From NCBI RefSeq assembly GCF_963921235.1, contig NC_086097.1, forward strand, positions 182,406,001-182,470,000: a stretch of 64,000 nt of DNA, read 5' to 3'. Position numbers and translations under genes: made by a program. Origin of the DNA: Mobula hypostoma (taxonomy: Eukaryota). The notes under the pieces were generated by a model, which saw only the letters and a program-made list of their open reading frames with translations, had not been told where the DNA came from and did not search any database. This document shows positions 1 to 12,025 of this stretch, one piece after another (position 1 is the first letter of the stretch; the number at the start of each line of letters is the position of its first letter).

Positions 1-215
1 CACCACACCGTAGGAAGGATATTGGAGCAATAGAGAGAGTGCAAAAGAGATTCTCCAGTATTTCCCCACGGCTGTGGTTAAAAGGAGAGATTGGACAGGC
101 TGGCTTTGCTGTCACTCAAGCACAGGAGGGTGAGGCATGACCTTATAAAGCTTTATAAACATATGAGGGGCATTCATAGGGTAGATAGTCATAGTCTTTT
201 TCTCAGGACAGGAGA
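1..215 (+). mobile_element. CR1 LINE ORF2 3' fragment
   Basis: ORF 91..327 begins with LSLKHRRVRHDLIKLYKHMRGIHRVD, a CR1 C-terminal motif. Confidence 0.75.
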
Positions 216-225
216 GTCTAGCTGG

Positions 226-325
226 TGCAATGCACACAAAATGCTGGAGGAACTCAACAGGTCAGGCAGCATCTGTGGAAATGAATTAACAGTCAACATA
301 CTGAGCCAAGACCCTCCTCAGGACT
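226..325 (-). mobile_element. degenerate Penelope-like 3' fragment starting at the hammerhead motif
   Basis: reverse complement agtcCTGAGGAgggtcttggctcagtatgttgact followed by the family tail (gatgctgcctgacctgttgagttcctccagcattttgtgtg). Confidence 0.6.
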
Positions 326-789
326 AAGTTTATTTTTGTCACATGTACCAGTATACAATGAAAAGCTTGTCTTGCATACTGTTTTATACAGATCAAATCA
401 TTACACAGTGCATTGAGCTAGAATAAGGTAAAACAATAGGAATGCAGAATAAAGTGTAGAGACGACCACAAATGTGCAGAGCAGGTAAAGACTGAAGTGC
501 AAGATCATCATGAGGTAGATTGTGAGGCTGAGAGTCCACGTTATTGTACAAGAGTCCACCCAAGGTTAGTCTAGCGTCTAGAACTAGAGGGCACAGTTTA
601 GGGTGAGAGAGGTTACCTGAGGGGTAAGTTTTTCCACGTAGTGTACAGTGGGTATCTGGAATGAGGCAGATACAATTGCAACATTTAAAAGCAGTTTGTA
701 CGGGCACTTGTATTGGAAATGTGTAATGGGATATGGGCTTAATGCAGGGAAATAGGATCAGAGCAGATAGCCAGCATGGATAGAACTTT

Positions 790-1845
790 GGCTGATTGAC
801 AAGAGGCAGAGTGGGAATAAAAGGATCCCTTTTGGATTCGCTGCCGGTGACTAATGGTGTTCCACGGGAGTCTACGCTGGGACCACTTCTCTTTACATTG
901 AATGTCCATGTTTTAGATGACAAAATTGATGGCTTTGTGCAAACGTTTGTAGATGATACGAAGATAGGTGGAGGGGCAGGTGGTGTTGATGAAGCAGAGA
1001 GGCTGCAGAAGGACTTATACAGATTTGGAGAATGGGCACGAGGCGGCAGATGGAATACAGTGTGAGGAAGTGTATGGTCATGCATTTTGGTGAAAGGGAC
1101 AAAAGCATGGACTATTTTCTAAATGGGGAGAAAATACAAAATTACAAAGTGCAAAGGGATTTCAGAATCCTTGTGCAGGATTCCCTAAAGGTTAATTTGC
1201 AGGTTGAGTCAGTGGTGAGGAAGGTGAATGCAATGGATAACATTCATTTTGAGAGGGCTAGTACAGTATATAAAATCAAGTATGTAATGCTATGGCTGTA
1301 TAAGGGACTGGAGAGCCCTCCCTCCCTCTGAGTATTGATGTTTGGGACCCCCTATTTAAGAAAGGATGTGGTGACATTGGAGAGGGCTCAGAGGAAGTTC
1401 TCAAGAATGTTTCCAGGGATGAAAGGGTTATCGTATGAGCAGTGATTGAAGGCTTTAGGCCTGTACTCGATGGAATTTGGAAGAATGGGGGTTCATTGAA
1501 AGCTATTGAATGTTGAAAGGCTTAGACAGAGTGGATGTGAAGAGGAGGTTTCCTATAGTGGACCATAGGGCACAGTGTCAAAATAGAGGACATCCATTTA
1601 GAACAGAAATGAGGATGAACTTCTTTAGCCAGGGGGTGGTGAATCTGTGGAATTCATTGTCACAGCTGGCTTTGGAGGCTAGGTCACTGGGTGCATCTTA
1701 AGATGGAGGTTGATAGGTTCTTGTTTAGGAGAAAGTGAGAGAATGAGGTTGAGGGGGAAATGCATCAGCCATGATGAAATGGCACAGCAGACTTGATGGG
1801 CAATATGGCCTAATTCTGCTCCTATGTCTTATGATCTTATCATGG
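790..1845 (+). mobile_element. CR1 LINE 3' portion (RT C-terminus and 3' UTR), decayed
   Basis: VTNGVPRESTLGPLLF, FVDDTKIGG and KCMVMHFG motifs; 3' tail cctaattctgctcctatgtcttatg. Confidence 0.9.
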
Positions 1846-1969
1846 TGGGCATGAACAAGATGGGCTGCAGGGCTTAGCCATGGAAATGGTTTCCTATAGC
1901 CTACCTTTTCTTTGGCCCTTGTGACTTTGTACCATCAGGTTCTCTCACTGTACTGGGTTTGGTTCTGAT

Positions 1970-4260
1970 AACATAAGATACAGGAGCAGAATTAGGCCAT
2001 TTGGCCCACTGTGTCTGCTCCACCATTTCACCATGGCTGATCCAATTTTAATCTCATCCCCAACTTCCTGCCTTCTCCCTGTATCCCTTCATGCCCTGAC
2101 CAATCAAGGATCTATCTTCCTCCACCTAAATATACATAAAGACTGCCTCCACAGCTGCCTGTGGCAAAGAATTCCACAGATTCATCACCCTCTGGCTAAG
2201 CAATTCCTCCTCATCCCCGTTCTTAAACGACCACCCCCATTCTGAGACTTTGCCCTCTATTCTTAGACTCTCAGACCACAGGAAACATCTTCTCTACATC
2301 CACGCTATCAAGGCCTTTCACCATTTGATAGGTTTCAATGAGATCACCCCTCATTCTTCTGAACTCCTCTGAATACAGGCCCAGAGCCATCAAACACTCT
2401 TCATACGACAAGTCATTCAATCCTGGAATCATTTTCGTGAATATTCTTTGAACTCTCTCCAGTTTCAGCACACCCTTTCTAAGATAAAGGACCCAAAACT
2501 GCTCACAATACTCCAAGTGAGGCCTCACCAGTGCTTTATAAAGTCTTCACATTACATCCTTGCTTTTATATTCTAATCCTCTTGAAATTAATGCTAACAT
2601 TGCATTTACCTTCCTCACCGCAGATTCAACCTGCAAATTAACCTTTAGGAAATCCTGCACAAGGACTTCTAAGTCCACTTGCACCTCAGGTTTTTTGTAT
2701 TTTCTCTCCATTTAGAGAATAGTTAGTGCTTTTATTCCTTCTATTGAAGTGCATAACCACACAGTTCCTGACTCTGTATTCCATCTGCCATTTTTTGCCC
2801 ATTCTCCTAATTTGTCAAAGTCCTTCTTTAGCCTCTATACTTCCTCAAGACTACCTGCCCCTCCACCTACCTTCATAATATCTGCAAATGTTACAACAAA
2901 GCCATCAATTCCATCATCCAAATAATTGACATATAATATAAAAAAAATGGTCCCAACACAGACCCCCACGGAACACGACTAGACACCAGCAGCCATCTAG
3001 AAAAGACTCCCTTTATTCTCACTCTTTGCCTCCTGCCAATCAGCCAATGCTTTATCCATGCTAGAATCTTCCCTGTAATACCATGGGTTCATAGCTTGTT
3101 AAGCAGTCTCATGTGTGACACCTTGTCAAAGGCCTTCTGAAAATCCAAGTACACAACATCCACCAATTCTCCTTTGTCTGTCCTGCTTGGTACTTCTTTA
3201 AAGGATTTCAACAGATTTGTCAGGCAAGATTTTCACTTGAGAAAACCATGCAGACTACGAACTATTTTATCATATGCCCGCAAGAACTCTGACTTCATCC
3301 TTAATATTATTAGCTCCATCGTCTTCCCAACCACTGAGGTCAGACTAACTGGCCTATAATTTTCTTTCTTCTGTCTCTGTCCCTTCTTGAAGAGTGACAT
3401 TTGCAAATTTCCACTCTTCCAGTACCATTCCAGAATCCAGTGATTCTTGAAAGATCATTACTAATGCCACCACAATCACTTCAGCCACCTCTTTCAGAAC
3501 TCTGGGATACCATCTGGTCCAGGTGACTTATCTACCTTCATACCTTTCAGTTTCCAAAGAACCTCCTCTTAGTTGTGGTAACTTCACACACTTCATGCCC
3601 CCTGACACTTGGAACTTCCACCATACTGCGAGTGCCTTCCTTAGTGAAGACTGATGCAAAATACTTACTCTGTTCATCCGCTATTTTGTTGTCCCCTTTT
3701 ACTATCTCTCCAGCATCATTTTCCAGCAGTCTGATATCCACTCTCGCCTCTTTTTGACACTTAATGTATCTGAAGAAACTTTTGGTATCCTCTTTAATAT
3801 TATTGGTTGGCTTACTTTCATAGTTCATCTTTACCTTAGTGACTTCTTTTAGTTGCCTTTTATTGGTTTTTAAAAGCCTCTCAATCTTCTAATTTCCCAC
3901 TAATTTTTTGCTCTATTATATGCCCTCTCTTGGATTTTATGTTGGCTTTGACTCTTCTTGTTAGCCATGGTTGTATCATCTTGCCTTTAGAATACTTCCT
4001 CTTCTTTGGGATGTATATATCTTGTGCCTTCCAAATTGCTTCAGAAATTCCAGCCATTGCTGCTTTGCCATCATACCAGTGTTCTTTTCCAATTAATTCT
4101 AGACAACTCCTCTCTCATGCCTCTGTAATTCCCTCTGCTCCACTATAATACTGGTGCATCAGACTTTTGCTTCTCCTTCTCAAATTTCAAGGTGAATTTG
4201 ATCATATTATGATCATTTTCCCCTAAGGGTCCTTTTACCTTAAGCTCTCTAATCAATTCC
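1970..4260 (-). mobile_element. CR1 LINE, ~2.3 kb 5'-truncated decayed copy
   Basis: RPHLEYCEQFW, KEDTKSFFRYIK and LGENDHNMIKF motifs on the minus strand; tail at 1970. Confidence 0.92.
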
Positions 4261-5271
4261 GGTAGGTACATTGCAGATGCACAGACTCTTCCTGTAATAC
4301 TCAGCTCATGAAGCTTGGTGTCTCTCCAGGCAACATTCAGGCTCAGATAATCAAACCTGTAGGCAGCTCCCACAGATGTAATCATGCAGACTATAGGAGT
4401 GATTTGCTTTGTGCTTTGTCTGTCTGCAGGCTGGAGTCTGCTGTGGTGGGTGGTAGGGTTTTGAAGTCCCTTCCCACTATTAAAGTTCAATTACTCTGCA
4501 ACCAGTGAAGTAGACACCAGTATCACACTCAACCTGAACCTCACACAACCTTTCCTCATAAGACATGCTCTCTAATCCAGGCAGCATCCTGATAAATCTC
4601 TAAAGCTTGCACATCCCTCCTATAATGAGGTGACCTGAACTGAACACAATACTCTGAAGTGTGGTCTAACCAGTTTTACAAAACTGATAACCATACCTTC
4701 AGAGTCTCTGCTGAAGGTACCTTGTTTGCCTGCTCAGCTGAAACTCTGTTTCACAGAAATCACATTATGTCCATCCATATGGCTTGGCCTTACCACCGTT
4801 AGACTGACACTAGGAAACCTGGAGCAAAATCCACAAACATATCGTCCCACTCTAACCTAGATGGTCCCACACAAACACACTGTCCCACAGTGACCCAAGT
4901 ATTCCACACTGTCCTGCGCTGACCCACACAGATCTACAGTGTTCCACACTAACACAGAATGTCCCATACTGATCCACACTGACGCATACACTGAATCACA
5001 TCGACACTCACTGCTCTACACTTTCCACACTGTCCCACACACAGACCCACACTAACCCACACTACCCCATGCTTTCCCACACTGTCCATCTCACACCACA
5101 ATGACTACACCAACCAACACTGTCCATGGACACACACGACTAACCCAAATCAACCAAGTTTGACCTATACTGCAAACAACAGGAATTCTGCAGATGCTGG
5201 AAATTCAAGCAACACACATCAAAGTTGCTGGTGAACGCAGCAGGCCAGGCAGCATCTCTAGGAAGAGGTAC

Positions 5272-5307
5272 AATCGACGTTTCAGGCTGAGACCCTTCGT
5301 CAGGACT
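5272..5307 (-). ncRNA. minimal type I hammerhead ribozyme motif (inverted copy)
   Basis: reverse complement agtc-CTGACGA-agggtctcagcct-GAAAC-GTC-gatt. Confidence 0.72.
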
Positions 5308-6149
5308 AACTGAAGGAAGAGTGAGTAAGATATTTGAAAGTTGGAGGGAGAGGGAGAGATCCAAAATGAGGGGGAGGGATGGAGCCAAGAGCTGGACAGG
5401 TGACTGGCAAAAGGGATACGAGAGGATCATTAGACAGGAGGTCCGGGAAGAAAGACGGGGGTGGGGGGGGAACCCTACACATGCTCTTACGCTTCCTCCC
5501 TTACCACTATTCAGGGCCCCAAACAGTCCTTCCAGGTGAGGCGACACTTCACCTGTGAGTCGGCTGGGGTGATATACTGCGTCCGGTGCTCCCGATGTGG
5601 CCTTTTATATATTGGCGAGACCCGACGCAGACTGGGAGACTGCTTTGCTGAACATCTATGCTCTGTCCGCCAGAGAAAGCAGGATCTCCCAGTGGCCACA
5701 CATTTTAATTCCACGTCCCATTCCCATTCTGATATGTCCATCCACGGCCTCCTCCACTGTAAAGATGAAGCCATGCTCAGGTTGGAGGAACAACACCTTA
5801 TATTCTGTTTGGGTAGCCTCCAACCTGATGGCATGAACATCGACTTCTCTAACTTCCGCTAATGCCCCACCTCCCCCTCGTACCCCAACTGTTATTTATT
5901 TTTATACACACATTCTTTCTCTCACTCTCCTTTTTCTGCCTCTGTCCCTCTGAATATACCCCTTGCCCATCCTCTGGGTTCCCCCCCGCCCTTGTCTTTC
6001 TTCCCGAACCTCCTGTCCCACGATCCTCTCGTATCCCTTTTGCCAATCACCTGTCCAGCTCTTGGCTCCATCCCTCCCCTCCTCCTATCATTTTGGATCT
6101 CCCCCTCCCCCTCCAACTTTCAAATCTCTTACTCACTCTTCCTTCAGTT

Positions 6150-6185
6150 AGTCCTGACGAAGGGTCTCGGCCTGAAACGTCGACT
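6150..6185 (+). ncRNA. minimal type I hammerhead ribozyme motif
   Basis: agtc-CTGACGA-agggtctcggcct-GAAAC-GTC-gact: stem I agtc/gact, core boxes, short stem II, GUC cleavage triplet. Confidence 0.8.
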
Positions 6186-7004
6186 GTACCTCTTCCTAGA
6201 GATGCTGCCTGGCCTGCTGCGTTCACCAGCAACTTTGATGTGTGTTGCTTGACCTATACTGACCCACTCTGTCCTACATCAACTCATGCTGTCCCACAGT
6301 GACACTAGTGTCCCACAGTGACCCACACTGACAACACAGACCCACACTGTCCCACTTTGAACAACAACCCACAACTGCCTCATGTTTTCCCACACTGTCC
6401 ATCAACCAACACTTACCACACTGACCCACACCAACCAAACTTGACCCATACCGGCCACACTGTCCTACATCAACCCGTCCTGTCCTACAGTGACCCATAC
6501 TCACCATTGACTCTGACTGACCACACCAACCAAACTTGATCCACATCGACCCAAACTGTCCTAAACTATCCTATACTGAACCACTTAGATCACAAAGTTT
6601 CACATCTTATGCAGGAAACCATTGCCCATATCAAAGGTAGTTTGGGCACAGATTTACGATAATGGAGAAGAGATTATAGGTGCTCTGAGTGGAGGACCTT
6701 CACCCAGAGAGCGATGAGTAGCTGGAGAGGGTGTTGGACACAGATAGCACTGAAAGCTTTGAAGAAGTGTCTAGAATAGCACCCTCCTTCCTGAGAAGCT
6801 TAACACTTTCTACATTAATTTTGAACAGAAGGGAATGGGTATGTCACCACCCTTCCTGACTGTCTCCAGTGCACATGGACCCGCAAACACTTACAGTGAA
6901 CGGAAACATCAACTCGGATACGGTCCCTGGCCATGTCCTTACGTTCTGCACTGATCAGTTGGCGTGGGCATTCACAGGCATTTTAACCTCTCCCTGATCA
7001 ATCT

Positions 7005-7650
7005 TTCAAACTTTCTTAGAAGTTTATGCAGATTCAGCATGGCATATAAAACTTTGACAAACTTCTGTAGACATGCAGTGGAGAGTGTGTTGACTGGTTA
7101 CATCATGGCCTGGTATAGAAACACCAATGCCCAAGAATGGAAAAGCCGACAGAAAGTGATGGATACAGCCCAGTCCATCACAGGAAACTGCGCCCCCCCC
7201 CCCCCACCAGTGAGCATATTTATAAGGAGTGCTGTCACAAGAAAACACTATCCATCATCAAGGACCCCAACCATCCAGGCCATGCTCTTTTCTCGCTGCT
7301 ACCATCAAGAAGGAGATACAGGAGCCTTAGGTCCCAAGCCACAGGTTCAAGAACAGTTAATACTCTCCAACCATCAGGCTCTTTAATCAGATTAAAGATC
7401 TTCACTCACAACAACGCCATATATAACCTGCAAGGACTCTACAACTTATGTTATCAGTATTATTTATTTAATTATTATTATCATTACTTGTTTCTTTTTG
7501 TATTTGCACAATTTGTCAGTCTTTCTTTGTGTGTAGTTTTTCTTTGATTCTATTTCACTTATTTGTTCTACTGTGAATGCCTGCAAGAAAATGAATCTCT
7601 GGGAAGTATTTGGTGACATATATGTACTTTGATAATAAATTTACTTTGAA
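7005..7650 (+). mobile_element. Rex1/Babar-type LINE 3' fragment
   Basis: ESVLTGYIMAWY...KVMDTAQSITG and IIKDPNHPGHALFSLLPSRRRYRSL motifs; tail gataataaatttactttgaac. Confidence 0.8.
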
Positions 7651-7659
7651 CTTTTAAAT

Positions 7660-9200
7660 TTGTGGATCCCATCTGCTTTAAAAAGATTATGATCCAAGTA
7701 GCTAAAAAGAATATGATTATGTGTCTTAATAACTACCAGCAAGTGTTGCTGACATCTACTATTATGAAGAGCTTCAAGAGTTTGGTCATGACGCATATTA
7801 ACTCCAGCCTCCCAGGCAACCTCAGCACACTGCAATTCACCTACTGCTGAAACAGTTCTGTAGTAGACACCATCTCCCTAGACTTATTCTCATCTCTGGA
7901 GAATCTATACAGTAAATACACTTACTGTATGTTAGATTATTTTTATTGATTCCAGCTCCATCTTGAAGTATAATTCCAAGTAAACTCATCACCAAATTCT
8001 AAGACCTGGGAGTCAATGCTTCTCTCTGCAGGAAGTCAGCTCCTTGACTTCTTGACCAATAGACCACAGTCCTCTGCCACGATAGGCAGCAACACCTCAT
8101 CCATGATTATTTTCAAAACAAGACTGCATTGTCAGCTCCTACTCTGCTCCCTGTACACTCATGACTGTGTGGTCAGTTTCTGCTCTAAGTCTATCTACAA
8201 GTTTGCAAATTATACCATCATTGTGGGCCAAATCGCAAATAGTGATGAGTTGGAGTACAGGAAAAGATAGAGAGCTTAGTAACTGGTGTCATGACAACCT
8301 TTCCTTCAATATCAGCAAAACAAAAAAACTGGTCTTTGCTTTAGGAAGAGGGGCATGCGTGCACTCCTGTTTACATCAATGGCGTTGAAGTTGAGAACCT
8401 CAAGTTGCTAGGAATGAATGTTATCAACAGCCTATCCTGGTCCAACCACGCAGATGCCATGGCCAAAAACGCTCATGAACACCTCTACTTCCTCAAGAGG
8501 CTAAAGAAATTTGGCATGTCCCCAGTGATCCTACCAATTTTATCAATGCACCATAGAAAGGTCTGGATGCATCATGGCTCGGTATGAGAACTGCTCTGCC
8601 TGAAACGACAAGAAACTGCAGAGAGTGGTGGACACAGCCCAGCTATCACAGACATGAGGAAATCTGCAGATGCTGGAATTTCAAGCAACATACATAAAAG
8701 TTGCTGGTGAAGGGTCTCGGCCCGAAACGTCAACTGTACCTCTTCCTAGGGATGCTGCCTGGCCTGCTGCATTCACCAGCAACTTTTATATGTGTTGCCG
8801 GCTATCACAGAAACCAGTTGCCCCTTGATGGACTATCTACACTCTCACAGCCTTGATAAAGCAGCAGTATCCTCAAGGACCCCATCCACTCCAAACATTC
8901 TCTCTTCTCCCTCCTCCCATCAGGCAGAAAATACTAAAGCCTGAAAGTGTGTGCCACCAAACTCAAGGAAAGTTTCTATCCCGCTATTATGTGACTATTG
9001 ACCTCAAATCTACCTCGTTATGATTTTGCACCTTATTGTCTGCTTGCACTGCACTTTCTTATAGCTGTTACCCTTTATTCTGCATTCTTTTATTGTTTTC
9101 CCTGCACTCCCTCAATGCACTGTGTAATGATTTGATCTGTATGAACAGTATGGAAGGCAAGCTTTTCACTGTATCTCAGTACGCGTGACAATGATAAACC
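7660..9200 (+). mobile_element. Rex1/Babar-type LINE RT region and 3' end, decayed
   Basis: CLNNYQQVLLTSTIMKSFKSLV, LYTHDCV...IYKFA and HLYFLKRLKKFG motifs. Confidence 0.82.
8653..8800. mobile_element. 148-bp fold-back Penelope derivative with partial hammerhead; 11-bp TSD GCTATCACAGA
   Basis: TSD at 8642-8652 and 8801-8811; ~27 bp inverted arms gcaacatacataaaagttgctggtgaa / ttcaccagcaacttttatatgtgttgc. Confidence 0.85.
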
Positions 9201-9669
9201 AAATTAATTTCAATAGATGTGACTTGATTAGAAGGTGATGGACCAGGCTGTGGGAGAGGAGATTAGTATGGATGGGCTCCCATTGTTTGGTGTGGACATG
9301 ATGGATCCAGTGGTCTGTTTCCCTGCTGTATGACTCCCTTTGTATTGTGAAAGAACATAGAACGCAGAACAAGACAGCACAGGAACAGTTCCTTTGGCCC
9401 ACAATGTGTGCTGACCATGGTGCCAAACTAACTGATCACATCTGCCTGCATATGTGGCCACCTAAATACCTCTTAAGGTCCTCCTCAGCCTCCTCTGTTC
9501 TGGAGAAAACAACCCAAGTTTGACCAGCCTCTTCTTATAGCTTATACTCTCTAATTCAGGCAGCAGCTTGGTGAATCTCTTCTGCATCCCCTCTAAAGCC
9601 GCCACATTCTTTCTGTAATAGGGTGACCAGAAATGCACAGAGTATTCCAAATGTGGCCTAACCGAAGAT

Positions 9670-10220
9670 CAGACCATATTAGTTCATTATCATATACACG
9701 GGGGTGAAATTAAATTCCTTGTTTAGTGAAGCTCACAGAATAAACAGCTAGTAATAAACACAACAATAAGTAGAGAGATGAGCACAAAACAGCAGGATAG
9801 TACAGAGACAATAGTGCAGTCTGAAGTAGTGCAAAAAGAAATGATAAAGTGACAGTAACAGAAAAACTGAGAGAGGTAGTGTTAAGTGTCTAAGCATGGG
9901 GCAGCCGCACAGGGAAGGGGATGTGAAGGACGTTCAGAAGTCTGATAGCAGTGGGAAAGAAGGAATTCTTGAGTCTGGTTATCCGTGCATTCAAGCTCCT
10001 GTGTCTTCTCTCAGAATGTAGAAGACAGCAAAGGGAATGACCAGGATGGAAGGCATTTATGATGATGTTAGCCTTACTGAACCAATGTACCATGAAGATG
10101 GACCGGATAGAAGGTAGTTATGTGCTTGTGACAGATTGGACAGTGTTTACCACTCTCCGCAAATTCCAATAGACCAAGCAGAGCAGCTGTCTTACAAGAC
10201 TGAAATGCAACCTGTCATAT
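9670..10220 (-). mobile_element. Rex1/Babar-type LINE 3' fragment
   Basis: HPGHSLCCLLHSERRHRSLNARITRLKNSFFPTAIRLLN. Confidence 0.8.
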
Positions 10221-10461
10221 AGGCATAGTGTACTACAGCACAGAAACAAGCCCCTTGACCCACCTAGTCCATACTGACCTGATCTCCTGTATAGTTCTAT
10301 CGACCTGCACTCGGACCATAGCCCTCAACCCGTCATTCACCTATATATATATATCCTTCTATAAGTCCTCCCTTACTTTTCCTGCACATCAGTGAATACA
10401 GTCCGAATCTATTTCACCTTTCCTTGTAACTCAGGTCCTCAAGCCCCAACAATATTATTAT

Positions 10462-11120
10462 AAACACAAGAGATTCTGAAGATGCTGGAGATCTTGAGCA
10501 ACACACACACAATGCTGGAGGAACTTAGCAAGTCAAGCAGCATCTATGGAGAGGAATAAACAGTCAATGTTTTGGGCCAAGACCCTTTATCAGGACTGGA
10601 AGGAAAGGGACAGAAGTCAGAACAAGGAGGCTGGAAGAATGGGGGGGGGCACAAGCTAGCAGGTGATAGGTGAGGAGAAGGAGTGTTTGAAGTAAGAAGC
10701 TGTGAGGTGATAGGTGGAAGAGATAAAGGGATAGAGAAGGAGGAATCTAATAAAAGAGGTTAGTGCCCCATAGAATAAAGGAGAAGTGGCACCAGAAGGA
10801 GGTGATGGGTGGGTGAGAAGAGAATGGGAGAGAGGGTAACCATGATGAGGAATGGACGGCTGGGGTGGGGGTGGAATTACTGGAAGTTAGAGAAATTGAT
10901 GTTTATGCCACCAGGTTGGAGGCTATACACACAGAATATGAGGTGTTGCTCCTCAAACTTGAATGTGGTATCATCGTGCAGTAGAGGAGTCCACGGATCA
11001 TGTCAGAATGGAAAAGGGATATTGAATTGGAATGGATAGCCACCGAGAAGTTCTGCCTTTTGCAGCAGAGTGGGCAAAGCTGTTCAACAAAGCAATCCCC
11101 CAATCCACAGTTTTCTTGTA
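10462..11120 (-). mobile_element. Penelope-like element 3' fragment (GIY-YIG end, degenerate hammerhead, tail)
   Basis: LGDCFVEQL...VAIHSNSISLFHSDM similar to ORF 5461; degenerate motif at ~10560-10597. Confidence 0.8.
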
Positions 11121-11144
11121 TCTCTTTCAAGCTCATTGACATCC

Positions 11145-12025
11145 TTCCTGTAGGCAGGTGACTAGAACTGCACACAATTCTCCAAATTTGGCCTCACCAG
11201 TGTCTGACACAAATACAACATAGCATTCCAACTTCTGTACTCAGTGCCTGATTTATGAAGGCCAATGTGCCAAAATCTCTCTTTACAACTCTATCAATCT
11301 GTGATGCCAATTTCAAGGAACTGTCATTCTGTATTCCCAGGTCCTTTTGTTCTACTGCATACCTCAGTGCTCTACCATTCGTGGTGTAAGCTTTACCCTT
11401 GTTTGTATTCTCAAAATCAACACCCCACACTTCTCTGAATTAAATTCTGTCTACCATTTTCAGCATATTTTCCTAGCTAGTCCTGTTCCTGCTGCAAGCT
11501 TTGATAACCTTCTTCCCCAAACCTGTCCGTTACTCCCCAAACCTTGGTGTCATCTGAAAATTTGCTGATCTGGTTTAGTACATTATCATTTAAATCTTTA
11601 ATATAAATTATAAACAACAATGGATCCAGCACTGATCCCTGCAGCCTATATCACTGGTCGCAATCCTGCAGTCAGAGAGACAACCATCTTGAGCAACCAC
11701 CTTCTGGCTTCTTCCGCTAAGCCAATGTTGAATCTAATTGACTACTTCATCATGAATGCCAAGTGACTTAATCTTTTGGACCAGCGTCCCATGCAGGACT
11801 TTGTCAAAGAGCTTGCTGAAGCTCATGTAGTCAATGTCCATCACCATACCTTCATCAACCTTCCTTGTAACCTCCTTGAAAAGCTCTCTAAGATTGGTTA
11901 GACATGATCTGTAAAGCATAAGGCATTATTGTCTATCCCTAATAAAGTCCTGTCTATCCAAATATATATTCTGTTCCTCAGAATAGCTTCCAATAATTTA
12001 TCGACGATTGACGTCAGGCTCACCC
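11145..12025 (-). mobile_element. CR1 LINE RT fragment
   Basis: RSCLTNLRELFKEVTRKVDEG..DIDYMSFSKLFDKVLH. Confidence 0.85.

Larger units (their letters stand above)
5173..6248 (+). mobile_element. Penelope-like element: inverted 3'-end copy, GIY-YIG endonuclease segment and sense 3' end; 13-bp TSD TTGACCTATACTG
   Basis: ORF 5461..5862 has FTCESAGVIYCVRCSRCGLLYIGETRRRLGDCFAEH (GIY-YIG); 5173-5470 is inverted relative to about 5980-6250; TSD at 5160-5172 and 6249-6261. Confidence 0.92.
4850..6590. repeat. degenerate CCCACACTGT/GACCCACACT-rich low-complexity tandem array interrupted by a Penelope-like element
   Basis: recurrent cccacactgt units at 4860-5160 and 6260-6590. Confidence 0.7.

Noticed and set aside
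393..1085. 230-aa minus-strand ORF
   Set aside because: It is an antisense reading of CR1 fragments and has no recognisable domain.
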